34,410 bases of DNA from Catajapyx aquilonaris (taxonomy: Eukaryota): assembly GCA_000934665.2 (NCBI GenBank), contig JYFJ02004144.1, positions 1 to 34,410 of the forward strand. Direction: 5' to 3'. The translations under genes and the position numbers were made by a program. Positions 22,611 through 34,410 of the stretch are shown here, piece after piece; within the stretch, counting starts at the first letter, position 1; each line of letters opens with the position of its first letter. The notes beneath the pieces were generated by a model that saw nothing but the letters and a program-made list of their open reading frames with translations, was not told the DNA's origin and did not search any database.

Positions 22611-23663
22611 GATATCTGGAAATTTCTCTGTACAGTGTTGTACTGGAAAATAATCGCTCTAAAGTTCGTCCGTGGTATCTAACCTGGTCATTAATTCCCA
22701 TTAACAACTCCTAGGAATTCGTCAGGGGAAACCTGAGGCTTGAGACGTCCTAAGGCCTATATATCGGGGGGTCCCGCCATAAACTCCTACGCATTTCCAA
22801 TTAGGCTTTGCGGAGGCTTGTACTAGGGGTTTCCCGGAAGTTTACGCTAGTCCGGATGGAAAGGTTTTGCTCTCAGGAGACAACTCACCAAGGTTCCTTT
22901 AGAGTAGCAAGCCTGTTGTGCCACGTCAAAGGCACAAACCGGAGCAAGTCTCTCGTGCACATTAGTTGGCACAGGCAACACCCACAAAATTTTAGTTCAC
23001 TCAAAACTTTTCTGGCGACAATTTTCTTCAGAATTTTTTTTTTGAGGGGTTTCAGTCGATGAGGAAGTGGGGAGAAAAAGATAAGGGGAAGATTAAAACT
23101 TTTCTTTCTTCTTTCTATCCGGGGCTCTTGCTATCTACCTTCCACTTGGTATCTCAAGCCCCTAGCTCCATTATCAAGTCTCTGCGTCATTCCATCCATA
23201 ATCTATCCTTTAATCCAAGCAAAGCACAAAAATGTAATACCATTTACTGTACAATAAAGATTTACCGCGGCTGGTTTGCAGGCGATTTGAGGACCTATTC
23301 TGGATGAGACATGTCGCGTTTCTGTGAGTGACAAGTTTTCCAATGACAGCGGCTCACAACAAAGTGATACATAATGAATACAGCTGGCCCGATTAATGGG
23401 CGTGTGCTGTCTCGCAAATCGGTGGAAGTGCACCTGACGGCAGTGCATCATCATGCATATATACTGTAGGGGAGCGGGGGTGTGTTTCTGGCTCATCTGC
23501 GCGACACCCAAATGGCTACTGTACCGTACACCATCCAGCTAATAGCCACGCATCACTTCCTGGCTGCCTGCAACATGACCAGCATCAAAATCGCTGCATT
23601 TTTTGTTACGGATAATTAGTCACACTTGTGACAAAAATAATGTGTTTTCTCGAGCATCGCTTG

Positions 23664-23754
23664 AAGGTAGTAACATATCTCGCACACAGATGGCGCGCAT
23701 CTGCACACTACCGCCATTGTTAGGATCATGCGGAGGAAATTGGTACTGCATGCA
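23664..23754 (+). repeat. Dispersed repeat family A, copy 2 (diverged)
   Basis: AAGGTAGTA...AGATGGCGC...CTGCACACTACCGCCA...AGGATCATGCGGAGG...TGGTACTGCATGCA is colinear with 11045-11141 and the reverse complement of 27119-27184. Confidence 0.6.
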
Positions 23755-26700
23755 GCTCGCGGACAGAGTCACACCAAGACAATTCTATATGCCACGCCGG
23801 TACGTAATTATGATGATTTGATTGGAATTCAGCCTAAATGACTTCCAAGGAGACGCCCAAGAAGACCCCTTCAAAAAAGTGGTGCAAAATGCCAGGTCCT
23901 TTACATACCTTCGAACTGGGTGAAGGACCTTCATTATACAGACAGTGGAAGGCAATTACGGGAAGCTGAGTCAGGGGAAAAGCAGCAGGAAAAGGAACTC
24001 ATTCATGATATCGCTGAGGGAGAGAGACCCCATCGCCAAAATTTCTCTGGCCTGCTCCTTGGAAAGTTGTTCCGGTTGTTAGCAAATGGTAGCCAGCCAG
24101 TAGTAGTCGTCGTCGTCCTCGTACATGGTGATAAGGCTCCTGAATTGCAGACTCAGATTTCTCTCCCGCCCCAACTTTTGCGGGGTCCAATGAAAATCGC
24201 TGCGAGGGAAAACTTTTTGAATGCTGCAAAAAAAAGGCTTATACTGCCGACCCACACATAGATGCCATCAGGGAAAGGAATGAGCTCATTGCTTTCGCTT
24301 AACTTGAAAAGCACTGCAGCATTTGACATGCACATGACCTGCACTTTGCATCTGTTCAACATTAAAGTTCAGCTGTATTACACAAATAAAGACACAACTA
24401 TACATAATATGAGATGTAATATTTTAAGAACAGTACCACGGTACACACGAAACTATCGCAAAGTTCATGTCTACCCTCTGCACATATGCAAAAAATCTAG
24501 TTTTCAAACAGTGATATCAGCTGAGGGAACCGATTGCTCCGGTAATTATGACACGGTTAAGCTGGCAAGTTCGGATCCGCAATTAAAATGGCCAGCAAAC
24601 CCGAACGTGTCGATCAGGATTGTGACACTGTTGAAGTGCAAAAATTTGGCGTGAATTCGAAAGTCAACCAACCGGACCATCCCATAATTAATACGACCGC
24701 ATTATCATTGCACCAGACACTGAAAAATTAGCACTCACAGATTTTAAGCTCGCAAATATTGCAAAAAAAATCATTTGCAAAATTTACTGTAGTAGTACAG
24801 GTAATAATGATGAAGCATATAAAATGCTGTTTCTTGTATAGGTTGTTGGGGGTAAAGAATACAAAAACTAATTTTGGCAGTGTATAATGTTGTTTTATTC
24901 ACTATTGTATGCATAAACCTCCCTCCCCCCAAAAAAACATAAGTCACCTTTTCCATCACAGTTCATTACAGTGTAATTTATGGGCCTTAAAATTGTTAGC
25001 TTTCAAAACCCATTCAAAACCGACCCCTTTGTTGCATGCAGGCTACAGCATAATTCTCCATTGTCGTGCATCATCGACCATTGATAAACAACCTCCCAAA
25101 GCGTCGACACCATAAGTGTTTCACATCCCATTTTCCAATACTAATTTTAAAATCCATCAAACCCCCCAACGCTCCAGAAATTAGCAAGTCATAGTTGCTG
25201 CCCACCAGCTCTCTCTACTTTACATAATATCGGAAGTCCCAGTCATTTAAAAAAAATCGAACATCAGATTACCAAAATGTTCCTCCTGGTTGAATTATAC
25301 TTCTTAATGAAAAGATGTGCGTATAGTTGTTGAAGACTGGTCTCCTCGGGTGTTGTGTATTCAGGACAAGTCGGCAAGCTAAACAAAGCTGACGTCGTTT
25401 AGGTGAATGCTAAATTCTACCCTCCATTTTCCGGAGGTAAGAGCCCCAGCACCGGAATGGAATAGCGGATGAGTATTCTCCTCTCGTGCCAATTTCCTTT
25501 TCGCAGACCTGAATCTAAACTCCAGATTTGCCCTTCCTGTCTCTGGACCAGCCGGAGTTGGCGAGCCTCGAAAAAAGAGCCTGGACAAGTCCATGGTCAT
25601 CTGTGATGCCAAATTATTATGCAGCTAGGAATGTAAAATATTCGCAATTTCCATTATCAAATATTGCAACTCTGTCGATATGGCATCAGTATAAATTTTA
25701 TAAATATTAAATGTGTGATAGTATGAAGCCATCAAAAATAAATAAAAATAAGCAATGTATGACATAACACAGTGTATCAAAAATATTTTGGCACAGTTTA
25801 TTTATCCATAATTATGCTGAAAATAAATAATTTTAAAGTGCAGATCTGTGACCTCGCGTATGAAGCAAGTATGCGCAACAATTAAAGGGGCAAGTCGTGT
25901 TACCTGCAATTTTGTCGCAATTTTCGCAACGACTGTGCTTCCATCATTAGGACACTTGTCATCCGGCAGATGCGAGCCATATTCGCCTGGAGGACACACA
26001 CACCCCCCCCCCCCAAAAAAAAATTCGCAAGCTGCCGCCGCCACGTTTCTCAGTTCTCCAAACGAGGAGCTGGAAATGGAATGTCACATGGAGAGAGAAG
26101 CTGGGGCTCTCACCTCCAAGCATTTCTCCAGGCCTCCGGATTTCCTCGTTCCGGGGATGGAGGAAGAAGAGGAATGAAATGCGCACGAGCATTGTTACGT
26201 CTGCACCCACGACGGAAACTCATTTCTTTTTGTTTACGCCTCGCATTCTTGCTAGGCATGCCTTTGACGCCTCGTCTATTTTTTTCTGGGGAATTTTCGA
26301 TATTTTTTTTGAAAAAAAGGGGGGGGATAGGATCCAATTTTCCTCGGTGGTCCAAAATAATGGTAATAAACTGACAGGTTATTTTTAAACACGTTATGTT
26401 ATTAACGAAATCTGCTTCATATGATCTCCTGCTGCGTTCCTTTTATTACACTTCGAAAGTTCTATGTACGACTTAAAAATGGGTTCTCAATGCGACGCCT
26501 TTTATATTCCCTACTAATAATATTAATGGCCTGTTACTGTAGCCCAGCATCGACTCTTATGCAGTCAAAAGAAAGATACCACGTGCCACGTGCCCGATAA
26601 TATAATCTTTTTTTCCTCTTCTTCTCCTTCTTGCTATTTCTCTCGCTCTCTCTTTTTCTCTGAGCCCCAGTTTTTTGAATCCTGCATACGGTGCAGCATC

Positions 26701-26775
26701 TGGCAAAAGACGAAAGTAATGATCCCATTGAGCGACGAGAACATGTCTTTGTCATCACTCGAAGTGTCTAGACTA

Positions 26776-26820
26776 GGGTGGAAGGGGGTGGGGGGTGAGG
26801 ACTCTCATGGGGTGGGTGGG
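26776..26820 (+). other. G-quadruplex-forming motif
   Basis: Six runs of three or more G in 45 nt (GGG...GGGGG T GGGGGG...GGGG T GGG T GGG). Confidence 0.5.
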
Positions 26821-27118
26821 TTTGAGTATGAGGTGGAGGGTGAAAGGCCGAGAAGTGAAAATGGTTGTCATGCGCTATGCAGCACTGAAGAACTCCCAGA
26901 GGAGAAGGCGTACTCATTTTGTGTCCCCCCTTCCTCCTCCACCCCCCTCTTCTAAAGCTGGGCGCCAGTGTGAATAATGCCTCTCCATTATAGGCTGCAG
27001 TGAAATCTCACTATGGAAAGAAGATAACAAAAAAAAACTCCAGTTATCTGTGGTTTGAAAATCATAAAGAATTGGCATGTGCCTCTGTTTGTCCGGGGTG
27101 AGTCATCATTTCTCAGCC

Positions 27119-27184
27119 AGTACCAGAACCCCTCGCACGACCCTGAGAGGGCAGTAGTGTGCAGAGAGGGCGGATGTGCCATCT
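27119..27184 (-). repeat. Dispersed repeat family A, copy 3 (inverted, one end lost)
   Basis: AGTACCAGAACCCCTCGCACGACCCTGAGAGGGCAGTAGTGTGCAGAGAGGGCGGATGTGCCATCT versus reverse complement of 11068-11134: 56/67 identical by hand alignment. Confidence 0.85.
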
Positions 27185-29047
27185 GTTGGTGTTCTTCCCT
27201 ATATATATGAAAATATGCATTGCGATTTAATGCGATACGCTCCGAAGAAGGCAAATCGAATGACAAAGAGGATCAGGATCCGGTTGAAGAGACGCGTGTA
27301 TCGTAAGTCTGAAACGCGGCATTTTCCAACCGATGATAAATAAGTGTATTCCCGGGTGTGACCATGTTGAAATTTTGAATCGCAAAATGGATACAAAAAA
27401 AATGCGTTTAATCGAGTTAGCGCAATGTATATCGGAGCCCCGGTGGTATAAGAATCCAATTTTTCACGCCAGTTCTGCTCATGACTGGGTTTTCCAGACA
27501 TGCTTCGTTAATTTCCTGAAACCGTTCGGTTGGAAGATTTAGATTACTTTTATCGATTGGGTGCATCCGGATTGGTGAATCTGGGCAAAAAAAAATTAGA
27601 TAGAGAGGAGGAAAAAAATCTCTAAAAAGGACCTGTCCGGATTAAGATTGCTCTTCGTCTGAAGAGTAGTCCTGAGTGGGCAGAACAGGAGTCAAACAAT
27701 TATTGCGCCTGCAAATCAGTATAAATGGTTGGCTTGATAGAAAGGTTCAAATCACAAAAAAGTGGACTTGTTCAAGATCAGATTCAATGCAATTTTTTAT
27801 AGTACACCTGTGGCTCACACTATGGATGGTAACTACCATAATAATTATTAGTCGGTCAGTCACATAACGAACAAACCGCAAACAACTGCAATATTCCCAT
27901 AGTAATGTATCCAAGTGTGATCGATCTTGCTCCAAATGCAAGATCTATTTATACGAGATGTGACTGCGATTCAGGCGGGCATTCAAATTCAAGCCCATTG
28001 TTCCTCAGTTAATACATATTCATTGGTAGCAAGCCTCATTTTCCTTCCTTGATCTCGACTTACATGAATGGATGATTAATGATCGAGCCGAGTTCTAGTT
28101 AGTGTCGCAACGAGAGAATTTAGTGCATCTGCATTAAATTCGATCACCAGCCCTGAAGGAGACGCTCACTATAAAGCTTTCATGTTTGTTTGTTAAATGT
28201 TAAGTTTGCATTTTCCATATCTTTATTTTACAGCACTGCCGAGCGGAAATGGCATTATCAAAAAAATATTCTGGAAGCCGTAGGAGATTACTGTATTGTA
28301 TTTGCAACTGAAAACGGTACACAATTTTTTTTGCAAATTTCCAATGCAGGTGAAAAGCTCCGTTGTATTGGTTTAAAAAAAGAGTGGGATATCGTTTTTA
28401 AAACTGTAATCGGATTTTGTCGCCCGCAGCAAGTCATTGTAATGATTAGCAATGTTGGAAAATGGGAGGGGGCGAGCTGCAGCAAACTATTTGCACAGTG
28501 GAAAGCCCCCGCAGATATGGATTTGTGAATTGTGTCTAGACATTATTCCATCAGGCCGACTTCGTAATATCATTATGGTCACCAGAGAGGTGGTTCCATC
28601 TGAGACTCCCAATTCGCCAATTTTTTTTTGTGGGCGGCAGGTTTAATGTCGACTTGTGGCGAGAATTTGGACGTGGCCAGGACAACAGATTTTGTCAATG
28701 CGGGTCCATTTGTCCCCAGAATTCTCGGCCTTGCCATTTCCATCGCGACGTGACCAGTTTCAGCAACAAAAAAAAAACCTGCGATTTTTTTTCTTCAATA
28801 TTCCTCCTGTGTTCCACCCTCCTCTTCCTCTATGGCTTTTTGAGACCCTTTCCGGAGCACATCCCCTTTTCTTCATTACGATTCCATTAAGGTTTCGCTC
28901 CCCGGTCTTTTCCTTCTGGGCATCGCTTTGTTCCTGGGTGTGAACCTCTCGAGCGATGTCCACGAGCCAAGAATTTGATTTATTTTTGGGCACTGCTTTT
29001 TGCACTTTTTTATCATTGAAAAATGCGATAGAATGAAAGTGACATTA

Positions 29048-29091
29048 TTTTCTTTTTTTAAATTTCAGAGTCCGAGTGTATAAAGGACAAC
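29048..29091 (+). other. Splice acceptor and 5' UTR part of the tetraspanin first coding exon (exon 29069-29178)
   Basis: Polypyrimidine tract TTTTCTTTTTTTAAATTTCAG (AG at 29067-29068), 23 nt of UTR, and start context CAAC-ATG-G. Confidence 0.75.
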
Positions 29092-29178
29092 ATGGCCTAT
29101 CGGAAGTCTAAGGAGGATGGATGCTGCAGTGTAAACTTCCTCAAATATGTCCTCTTCATCTTCAATTTTGTATTTTTG
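29092..29178 (+). CDS. Tetraspanin (CD151/TSPAN11-like), first coding exon; partial gene
   Basis: MAYRKSKEDGCCSVNFLKYVLFIFNFVFL: short cytoplasmic N-tail with a CC palmitoylation-type site and the tetraspanin TM1 signature LKYxLFxFNxxF. It ends exactly at a phase-0 donor TTG|GTAAGT (GT at 29179-29180), the conserved tetraspanin intron position within TM1. Downstream exons are not seen in the window. Confidence 0.9.
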
Positions 29179-30354
29179 GTAAGTTACGTTCGATGGAGTA
29201 TTTTCTATTTGTGTCACATGATTGTGTGCACTGTACTGTACTCCCAGTTCAACAGGTTAAATTACAGTACGTAAGTTATGCATTGTTTATTCCACCATAT
29301 GGTTCCGACCATTGTTTCCAACAGGCTTTTCCTGATTTTTGCAGTAACTAGTTCATACCTGTTTCATGTACTCTGTACGAGCCCTAACTGCATTGTTCTC
29401 ACTAGGGTAATAATTATTGTTCATCGACTCTACATGAAACATGCTTTGAAATCATATCTTTTGTAGTCGAATCAAACAGAATATGCAATGCAACATATTA
29501 TGGCATTAGGTTAGAGTCATTATTTTGAATTCGTAACAACTTATGAATCTATGATGACTAAACCTGCATAATATAACATTCATGTACAAATGAAGAAACA
29601 ATAGCATTGCCTAGTAATTAAAAAAATTATTACGTGAAGAACTCCCATAACTGTAATGAATGGGAAGTATTCGAGGCCAATGTACAGTAGTATTTAGCAT
29701 GTAAAATTAAGCACTACATGTTTGTTGCAATGCAGCACAATGCAACATTTTGAAACCATAGAGGCAATAACATTTCCTCTTTTTTTCCCATTGAAGCGTG
29801 GCATCTTGGGAACAAAACCAGAAAGAAATTGTCAATCCCGGAGAAAATAAAGTTTGGCCATTTTCACACGGCCTGACAACTCTCTTCTTTCTCTCTTTTT
29901 TTATCGTAACTCGCGGACAACTCTGACAGAAAAAGGCACGAATCTCATCAAATGTTTGTGACCTGTCCAAGTGCTGCAGCGCCTATTTTTTTCCTAGATT
30001 TGCAGTGACTATAGCTCATTATTAGCTTCTAAACTCATGCAAAATATTGATTTACAGAAGGTGTGAGTGGCGTATGAATTTTCTGCAATTTTATTGTAAT
30101 GTATGCAAAAAAAAGCGGTCTGCATTTTGCAAAAGGACAGTACACATTATGAATATCTGTTTCATAATTTGAACACGCGCTTCTATATATAGAGCTTGAA
30201 ATAATATCAAAGAGAACCAAATAATTCAGAAATAAACCGGTCGACTGAATATGCCATCAGATTTTCCAAGCTTTTCCGCCATGAAGCCCGCATCCGATAT
30301 TTCAAAAAAAAATATGTTATTTTATCGAGCAAAAGGCTTCGGTTGTGTTTACGT

Positions 30355-30371
30355 CCCCCCCCCCCCNCCCC
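30355..30371. repeat. Poly-C tract containing an N (30367)
   Basis: Homopolymer with a single ambiguous base. Confidence 0.9.
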
Positions 30372-31497
30372 TCATTGTTAAGTAGTTTAAATGGAAGCTT
30401 TTGTTGTGAGATGAATATTTTCCACCCTCCCATTTCTAGGGCAAGCTCGGCAGTAAAATGAGTTCGGTTTGCATTTATCGCTCTCCCACGCTCTCTGATA
30501 CTAAAATGCACAAAAGCTGCGAATCCACTTTTCCTATACAGTTCAAATTCAGTAACTGCAAATTTGTGGAGTACATCAAGCTTTATCGTTACCATTACGG
30601 TTGGGCTTTATCACAATAGTTAGGATATGAGTTGACATTTTTAAAAATTGAAAATCTTTAACAGCGACAGCAGAAAATAACGGTTGATATCAGTGAAAAT
30701 AGCAGTTGCTTTTTCGGCTGATTGGTTATTAGATGAATTTTTCCTGTTGGCACCTTGCATAACCTATAAAAATTAACAAAACCTATTAACATTCAGAACC
30801 AATCGAGCATTAAAAGCTTAGCCCGACACCTCTGCTAGACAGCTGATTAATCATCATCTATATTGTATGGTATCGTTTTTCACTTCATGCAAACTGACAC
30901 AGCAGCACTGTAAGAGTCGGTACACGACATTGCAAAATTTCTTGCCAAAATGACGCCCCCCCCCCCACCATCCACTTGGTTGCTCTGGGACCCCGCCCTG
31001 GTGATTTATGGTGAGCTAATGGCCGAAAAGAAATCCTTGTCCGGTTGGCTGAGTCCGCTCTCTACACGCAAGATTTGAATTGTCGTCGGAGGTAATGAGT
31101 CGTGGCTGCGCTGACGTGATTATCCTACCGTTCAAAAACCGCAATCCTACAGTATATGCAGCTATAACAGAACTAAATTTCATTCCTCAGTTCAACCCGT
31201 TTTTTTTTGTGTGCGTGTAAAAAATTCCGTGCTACCAGCAGGAAAAAGGTCTCGGGGTTTTTATGAGTGTATAGCACCGGGGATAGTCTAAAACCCGCTA
31301 ACTGATGGATTTATATGTCGTTGCAAGTGGGCAAAACCGAGCCCTCTTCATCACTGGTCCACACCAGGGAATTGGATCCGCAAGCGTAACCGACTTCTCT
31401 TGGGCTCTACCGCAGCCATTTTATGCCCTGAAATATGCCAACCAGTTTGACCGACAATTGAAATGAGAGAATTTCAAGGTTAGATAGTATGTGTACT

Positions 31498-31697
31498 GGG
31501 ATCCGGACTTTTCGCCCTCGCCGTTTCGCCCCCGGACTTTTAGCCCCCGGCACATTGGCCCCCGTGACAATTTCTCCCCGGCGTATTCGCCCCCGTGACA
31601 TATTCCACTGCGTGGAAGAAATTGTCACGGGGACGAAATTGTCACGGGGGCCAATATGCCGGGGGCTAAAAGTCCGGGGGCGAAATGTCCGAGACCC
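31498..31697. mobile_element. 200-bp palindromic MITE with modular ~15-bp subrepeats and 9-bp TSD (Mutator superfamily, Rehavkus/Foldback-like)
   Basis: Perfect TSD ATGTGTACT at 31489-31497 and 31698-31706; termini GGG...CCC. Arms are built of units like GGACTTTTMGCCCCC. The block TTTCGCCCCCGGACTTTTAGCCCCCGGCAYATTGGCCCCCGTGACAATTTC is in both arms (1 mismatch). Centre TTCCAC-TGC-GTGGAA. Confidence 0.93.
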
Positions 31698-31748
31698 ATG
31701 TGTACTAGGGCAATTGGGGAGTTTAGGTCGGCACGAGGGTATCATATC

Positions 31749-31872
31749 CCGTAGCTCTTTATGTTGGTGTCATCTGTGAGGCGTTGGAGTGACCGCACCA
31801 GTCCTATCCGTCTTGTGGCCCTGCTAGGCACGGTACGTCGTATTGCGTGATGATTTTTACAAGGAGCTACGG
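31749..31872. mobile_element. Possible ~125-bp MITE with 12-bp TIR
   Basis: CCGTAGCTCTTT (31749-31760) versus reverse complement of AAGGAGCTACGG (31861-31872), 1 mismatch; TA on the right flank only. Confidence 0.35.
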
Positions 31873-32555
31873 TAGATCGTTCCAGACACTCCCCGTTGGT
31901 TCTAGCAAACAATTCAAAGCATATAAATGACGGACTCGGGATAAAAGAGCGATCAGGCCATTTCCAGCAGGAACAAAACGGTGGTGAAAACCTCCCCTTT
32001 TTTACTCTAGAGGCAGTGAAATAAGAGTCCAGATGTAGCCGCAGCCTCTTCCTTTTTTTGTGTGTGGTGGTCCTTTTCTCTGTGGATTCTTCAGGAGCAG
32101 TGCATGAGGTCGATGGAATTGGAGTCTGGGCGGCGACTGGTCCGGAATAGTAATGGCAAGATTTATCCGGGGGTCCTCATTCCCCCTCCTTCCAAAGTCT
32201 GCACTCCTCGACCACTCAAAAGCAGAACAAGGCCGCCATTTGCTTCCGGGACATTCCCATATTCTCCCCCCACCGTGTAAATGTCGTACGTGTGGAATGG
32301 CGCTTCGAACGCTTCCATTCAAAGTCCATCGCCATCTTTCATCAGGATGGCAACCAGCTCTGACCTCAAGAAGGACCCTTCTCTTTCTTGAACCGTTTTT
32401 TTTCTTTCTTTCATTTCCGACTATTGATTTGGGAGTTCAGCCACTGTATGCTCACCCAAGATGGTATGGCACATCGATCCATTCTGCTTTTTTTTTTATC
32501 TGAGAGACGAAGGAGGCGACACTCGACACGAAAAGTGTGCTGAAAGTGGTGCTAT

Positions 32556-32576
32556 AAAGGTCAGGTCATGACCTGA
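32556..32576. promoter_or_regulatory. Nuclear-receptor response element candidate (IR0 palindrome with overlapping NBRE)
   Basis: AAAGGTCAGGTCATGACCTGA: AGGTCA-TGACCT at 32563-32574 inside the perfect 16-bp palindrome TCAGGTCATGACCTGA (32561-32576); AAAGGTCA at 32556-32563. Confidence 0.35.
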
Positions 32577-33931
32577 TCACTCCAATCAATCTGAGGATTT
32601 TCAAAATAAATATCAGCTCCAAAGAGTTCTTCTTAATTTGTGTTTACATTGCCTCTCAGTTAGAAAGTGATTGGATGGGGTTTAAATTTTAGGCCGATTA
32701 GATTGGCGGAAAAAAAAATCCGGCTTGGAAAAAAGGCTTTCTGGGTTATCAATTCCAGGCAGAGTGTCCAATGTCGCAGGTGCTGTCATCCTCATCCAGT
32801 CGGATTCTCGTCACCTCGCCCGGCTGGAGAAAATTAAATCGCTGGGAAGCATCGTTGAAGCCTGTCAGGATCAAAGCCCCGGTAAAGACCCGGAATCGTC
32901 ACCGGGATTTCCATCAGTGCAGCAACTACTGTGCTACCATATATACTACAGTATATCCTGATTCAAACCGAATCGCGCAACAAAATATTTTTTGTGCAGA
33001 TTTTTTTCAAAATACAGCATGACGTATAAAAGGTGTCAAATACTTTCAGCCAGATATTAGTTGTAAAATGTAATATTTAACAAATTATGTGGAACATTAT
33101 TGCGTTAATCTCCCTGCATGTGTGTAGGTGGAGGTTACAAAAGAGCCCGGAAAATAATGGGTGGGGGGGCTGCAGGTGAGCACAAAGTGAAAATTAGTAC
33201 AATGCAAGCGACAGTAAAGCACGATGCATGCTATTCCCTTTGATGTGCAGTATTAAATTTTGATGCATACAACGGACAGCTTTTCACTACATGTCGGGCT
33301 TTTGAGCTTCTGAGTACCATTTGATCAAATTTAATATTATGTTCGTGTCAACGCTTTTTTTTGAGATTAATTTAAGATCGTAATGAGTGATCGTATAAGT
33401 TTAAACGAACTTGTATCGTACAATTTTTTGAACTTTCTCCTCACTTTTTCCTCCTTCCATACAAAATGAGCACCGGGGCCGTAATGAGCACGCAATTTGT
33501 AAGTTCCTCTAAAGACGTCCTTGTGAAACCTCGACGGAGTTCCTTTTGCCATTAGGATAAATGGGTGGAAGGCGCCGCAGACTCATTCTTCCAAATGAGA
33601 TGCATGGCACTGATTAGATGGCTTTCCATTTGGAGTTTATTAAACAAATGGGTTCTCTTCGGCCACGCCCTACTTTTCTATCTCCCCTCCATGCATTTCT
33701 CTCCGAAAAACAACCCTTCAGGAACGTACATTACCAAAAGTTAGCAGCAGACAAAAAAAAAAGGCTGTTGGAAGTTTTTGAAGAGCTCTATTGTATGCAA
33801 CCATGAAGTACAATGGATGTGCTCGTTGTGCCACTGTCACTAGAATGGTGGTTGAAAGAATAGGTGTCGATTTGCTTTTTGGACGGGAGAAGTGCACCCT
33901 GTGGCCTGACTGCCAATCACACATCGGTTAA

Positions 33932-33954
33932 GGGTGAGGGCTGGGATGGGGGGG
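33932..33954 (+). other. G-quadruplex-forming motif
   Basis: GGG TGA GGG CT GGG AT followed by a G7 run. Confidence 0.5.
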
Positions 33955-34410
33955 TTTGCCAGTAACTCCATATAGGATGTCAACTTGTCACAGGTTGGAT
34001 TCCAGCAGAGTCTGCTCACTCTGATGGCAAAAAGAGTATTAATTTACAGTCGAAAATTCGACGGTTCGAGTACCATTGGACAGAGAAATCGGTGAGAATG
34101 TATAGCCTACGTTTTTTTAAATGTAGAGCGGAAATGAAACGACTCGTTATAATTATGCTACCACATTACGATAAAAATGATCACTTTTCTATTGAGCAGA
34201 GTGGCTCATATTTCCAAAGCCTAATATTCTGTTAAACATTCTCTTTTTGAGGGAATGAAGTGACGCTCTTTAGTTTCTCACCTCTACATTTTGTAACCCA
34301 AATTATTCTTTTGCTAATCTAGTAGCTGACCAGTTGCCAAAATTTGGCAACACTACTTGGTCCACCCCCCAACTTGGACTTAGTACAATATGCCCCTACC
34401 AGTTGCTGCA

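Noticed and set aside
29179..29274. Continuation of the 60-aa ORF beyond FVFL
   Set aside because: Intron read-through; tetraspanin similarity ends at the GTAAGT donor.
31407..31779. Arg/Pro/Gly-rich ORFs on both strands
   Set aside because: By-product of the GC-rich palindromic MITE subrepeats.
32095..32150. Possible tetraspanin exon 2 (acceptor TTCAG then ...DGIGVWAA)
   Set aside because: The GIGVW frame is out of phase with the phase-0 donor, is preceded by charged HEVD rather than TM residues, and hits TAG at 32148-32150.
32725..32961. VAGAVILI segment as possible tetraspanin exon 2
   Set aside because: No G-x-W motif, hydrophobic stretch too short, no in-phase acceptor.
34333..34351. 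Palindrome GTTGCCAAA-A-TTTGGCAAC (RFX X-box-like halves)
   Set aside because: Spacer too long for an X-box; more likely a collapsed MITE end or chance.
1..34410. Prokaryotic-type systems (CRISPR array, operon, prophage) or endogenous viral ORFs
   Set aside because: No regularly spaced repeat-spacer array and no long or densely packed ORFs; the sequence is intron-rich eukaryotic DNA.

Overview
Eukaryotic, probably arthropod, genomic DNA that is almost entirely non-coding. The taxon is inferred from GT-AG splicing, (TAACC)n repeats and an invertebrate-type tetraspanin N-terminus. The only host coding sequence I can support is the first coding exon of a tetraspanin (CD151/TSPAN11-like; 29092-29178, +). 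It has a canonical acceptor upstream and a phase-0 GTAAGT donor, and no further exon is recognisable in the window. The first ~3.2 kb is a nest of DNA-transposon relics. It starts with a decayed Helitron (RepHel N-terminal coding remnant plus an intact 3' hairpin/CTAG end) interrupted by a 240-bp TIR element with a perfect 8-bp TSD. A ~730-bp foldback-type inverted repeat and several MITEs follow. Elsewhere there is a 200-bp palindromic Mutator-like MITE with a perfect 9-bp TSD (31498-31697), two dispersed short repeat families, two tRNA-like (SINE-head) relics, a TAACC-containing tandem duplication and some candidate regulatory motifs. Apart from the Helitron pieces and the tetraspanin exon, the ORF track looks spurious. 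I found no convincing new multi-gene system; the most interesting items are possibly undescribed small transposon families and candidate cis-elements. All alignments were done by eye.
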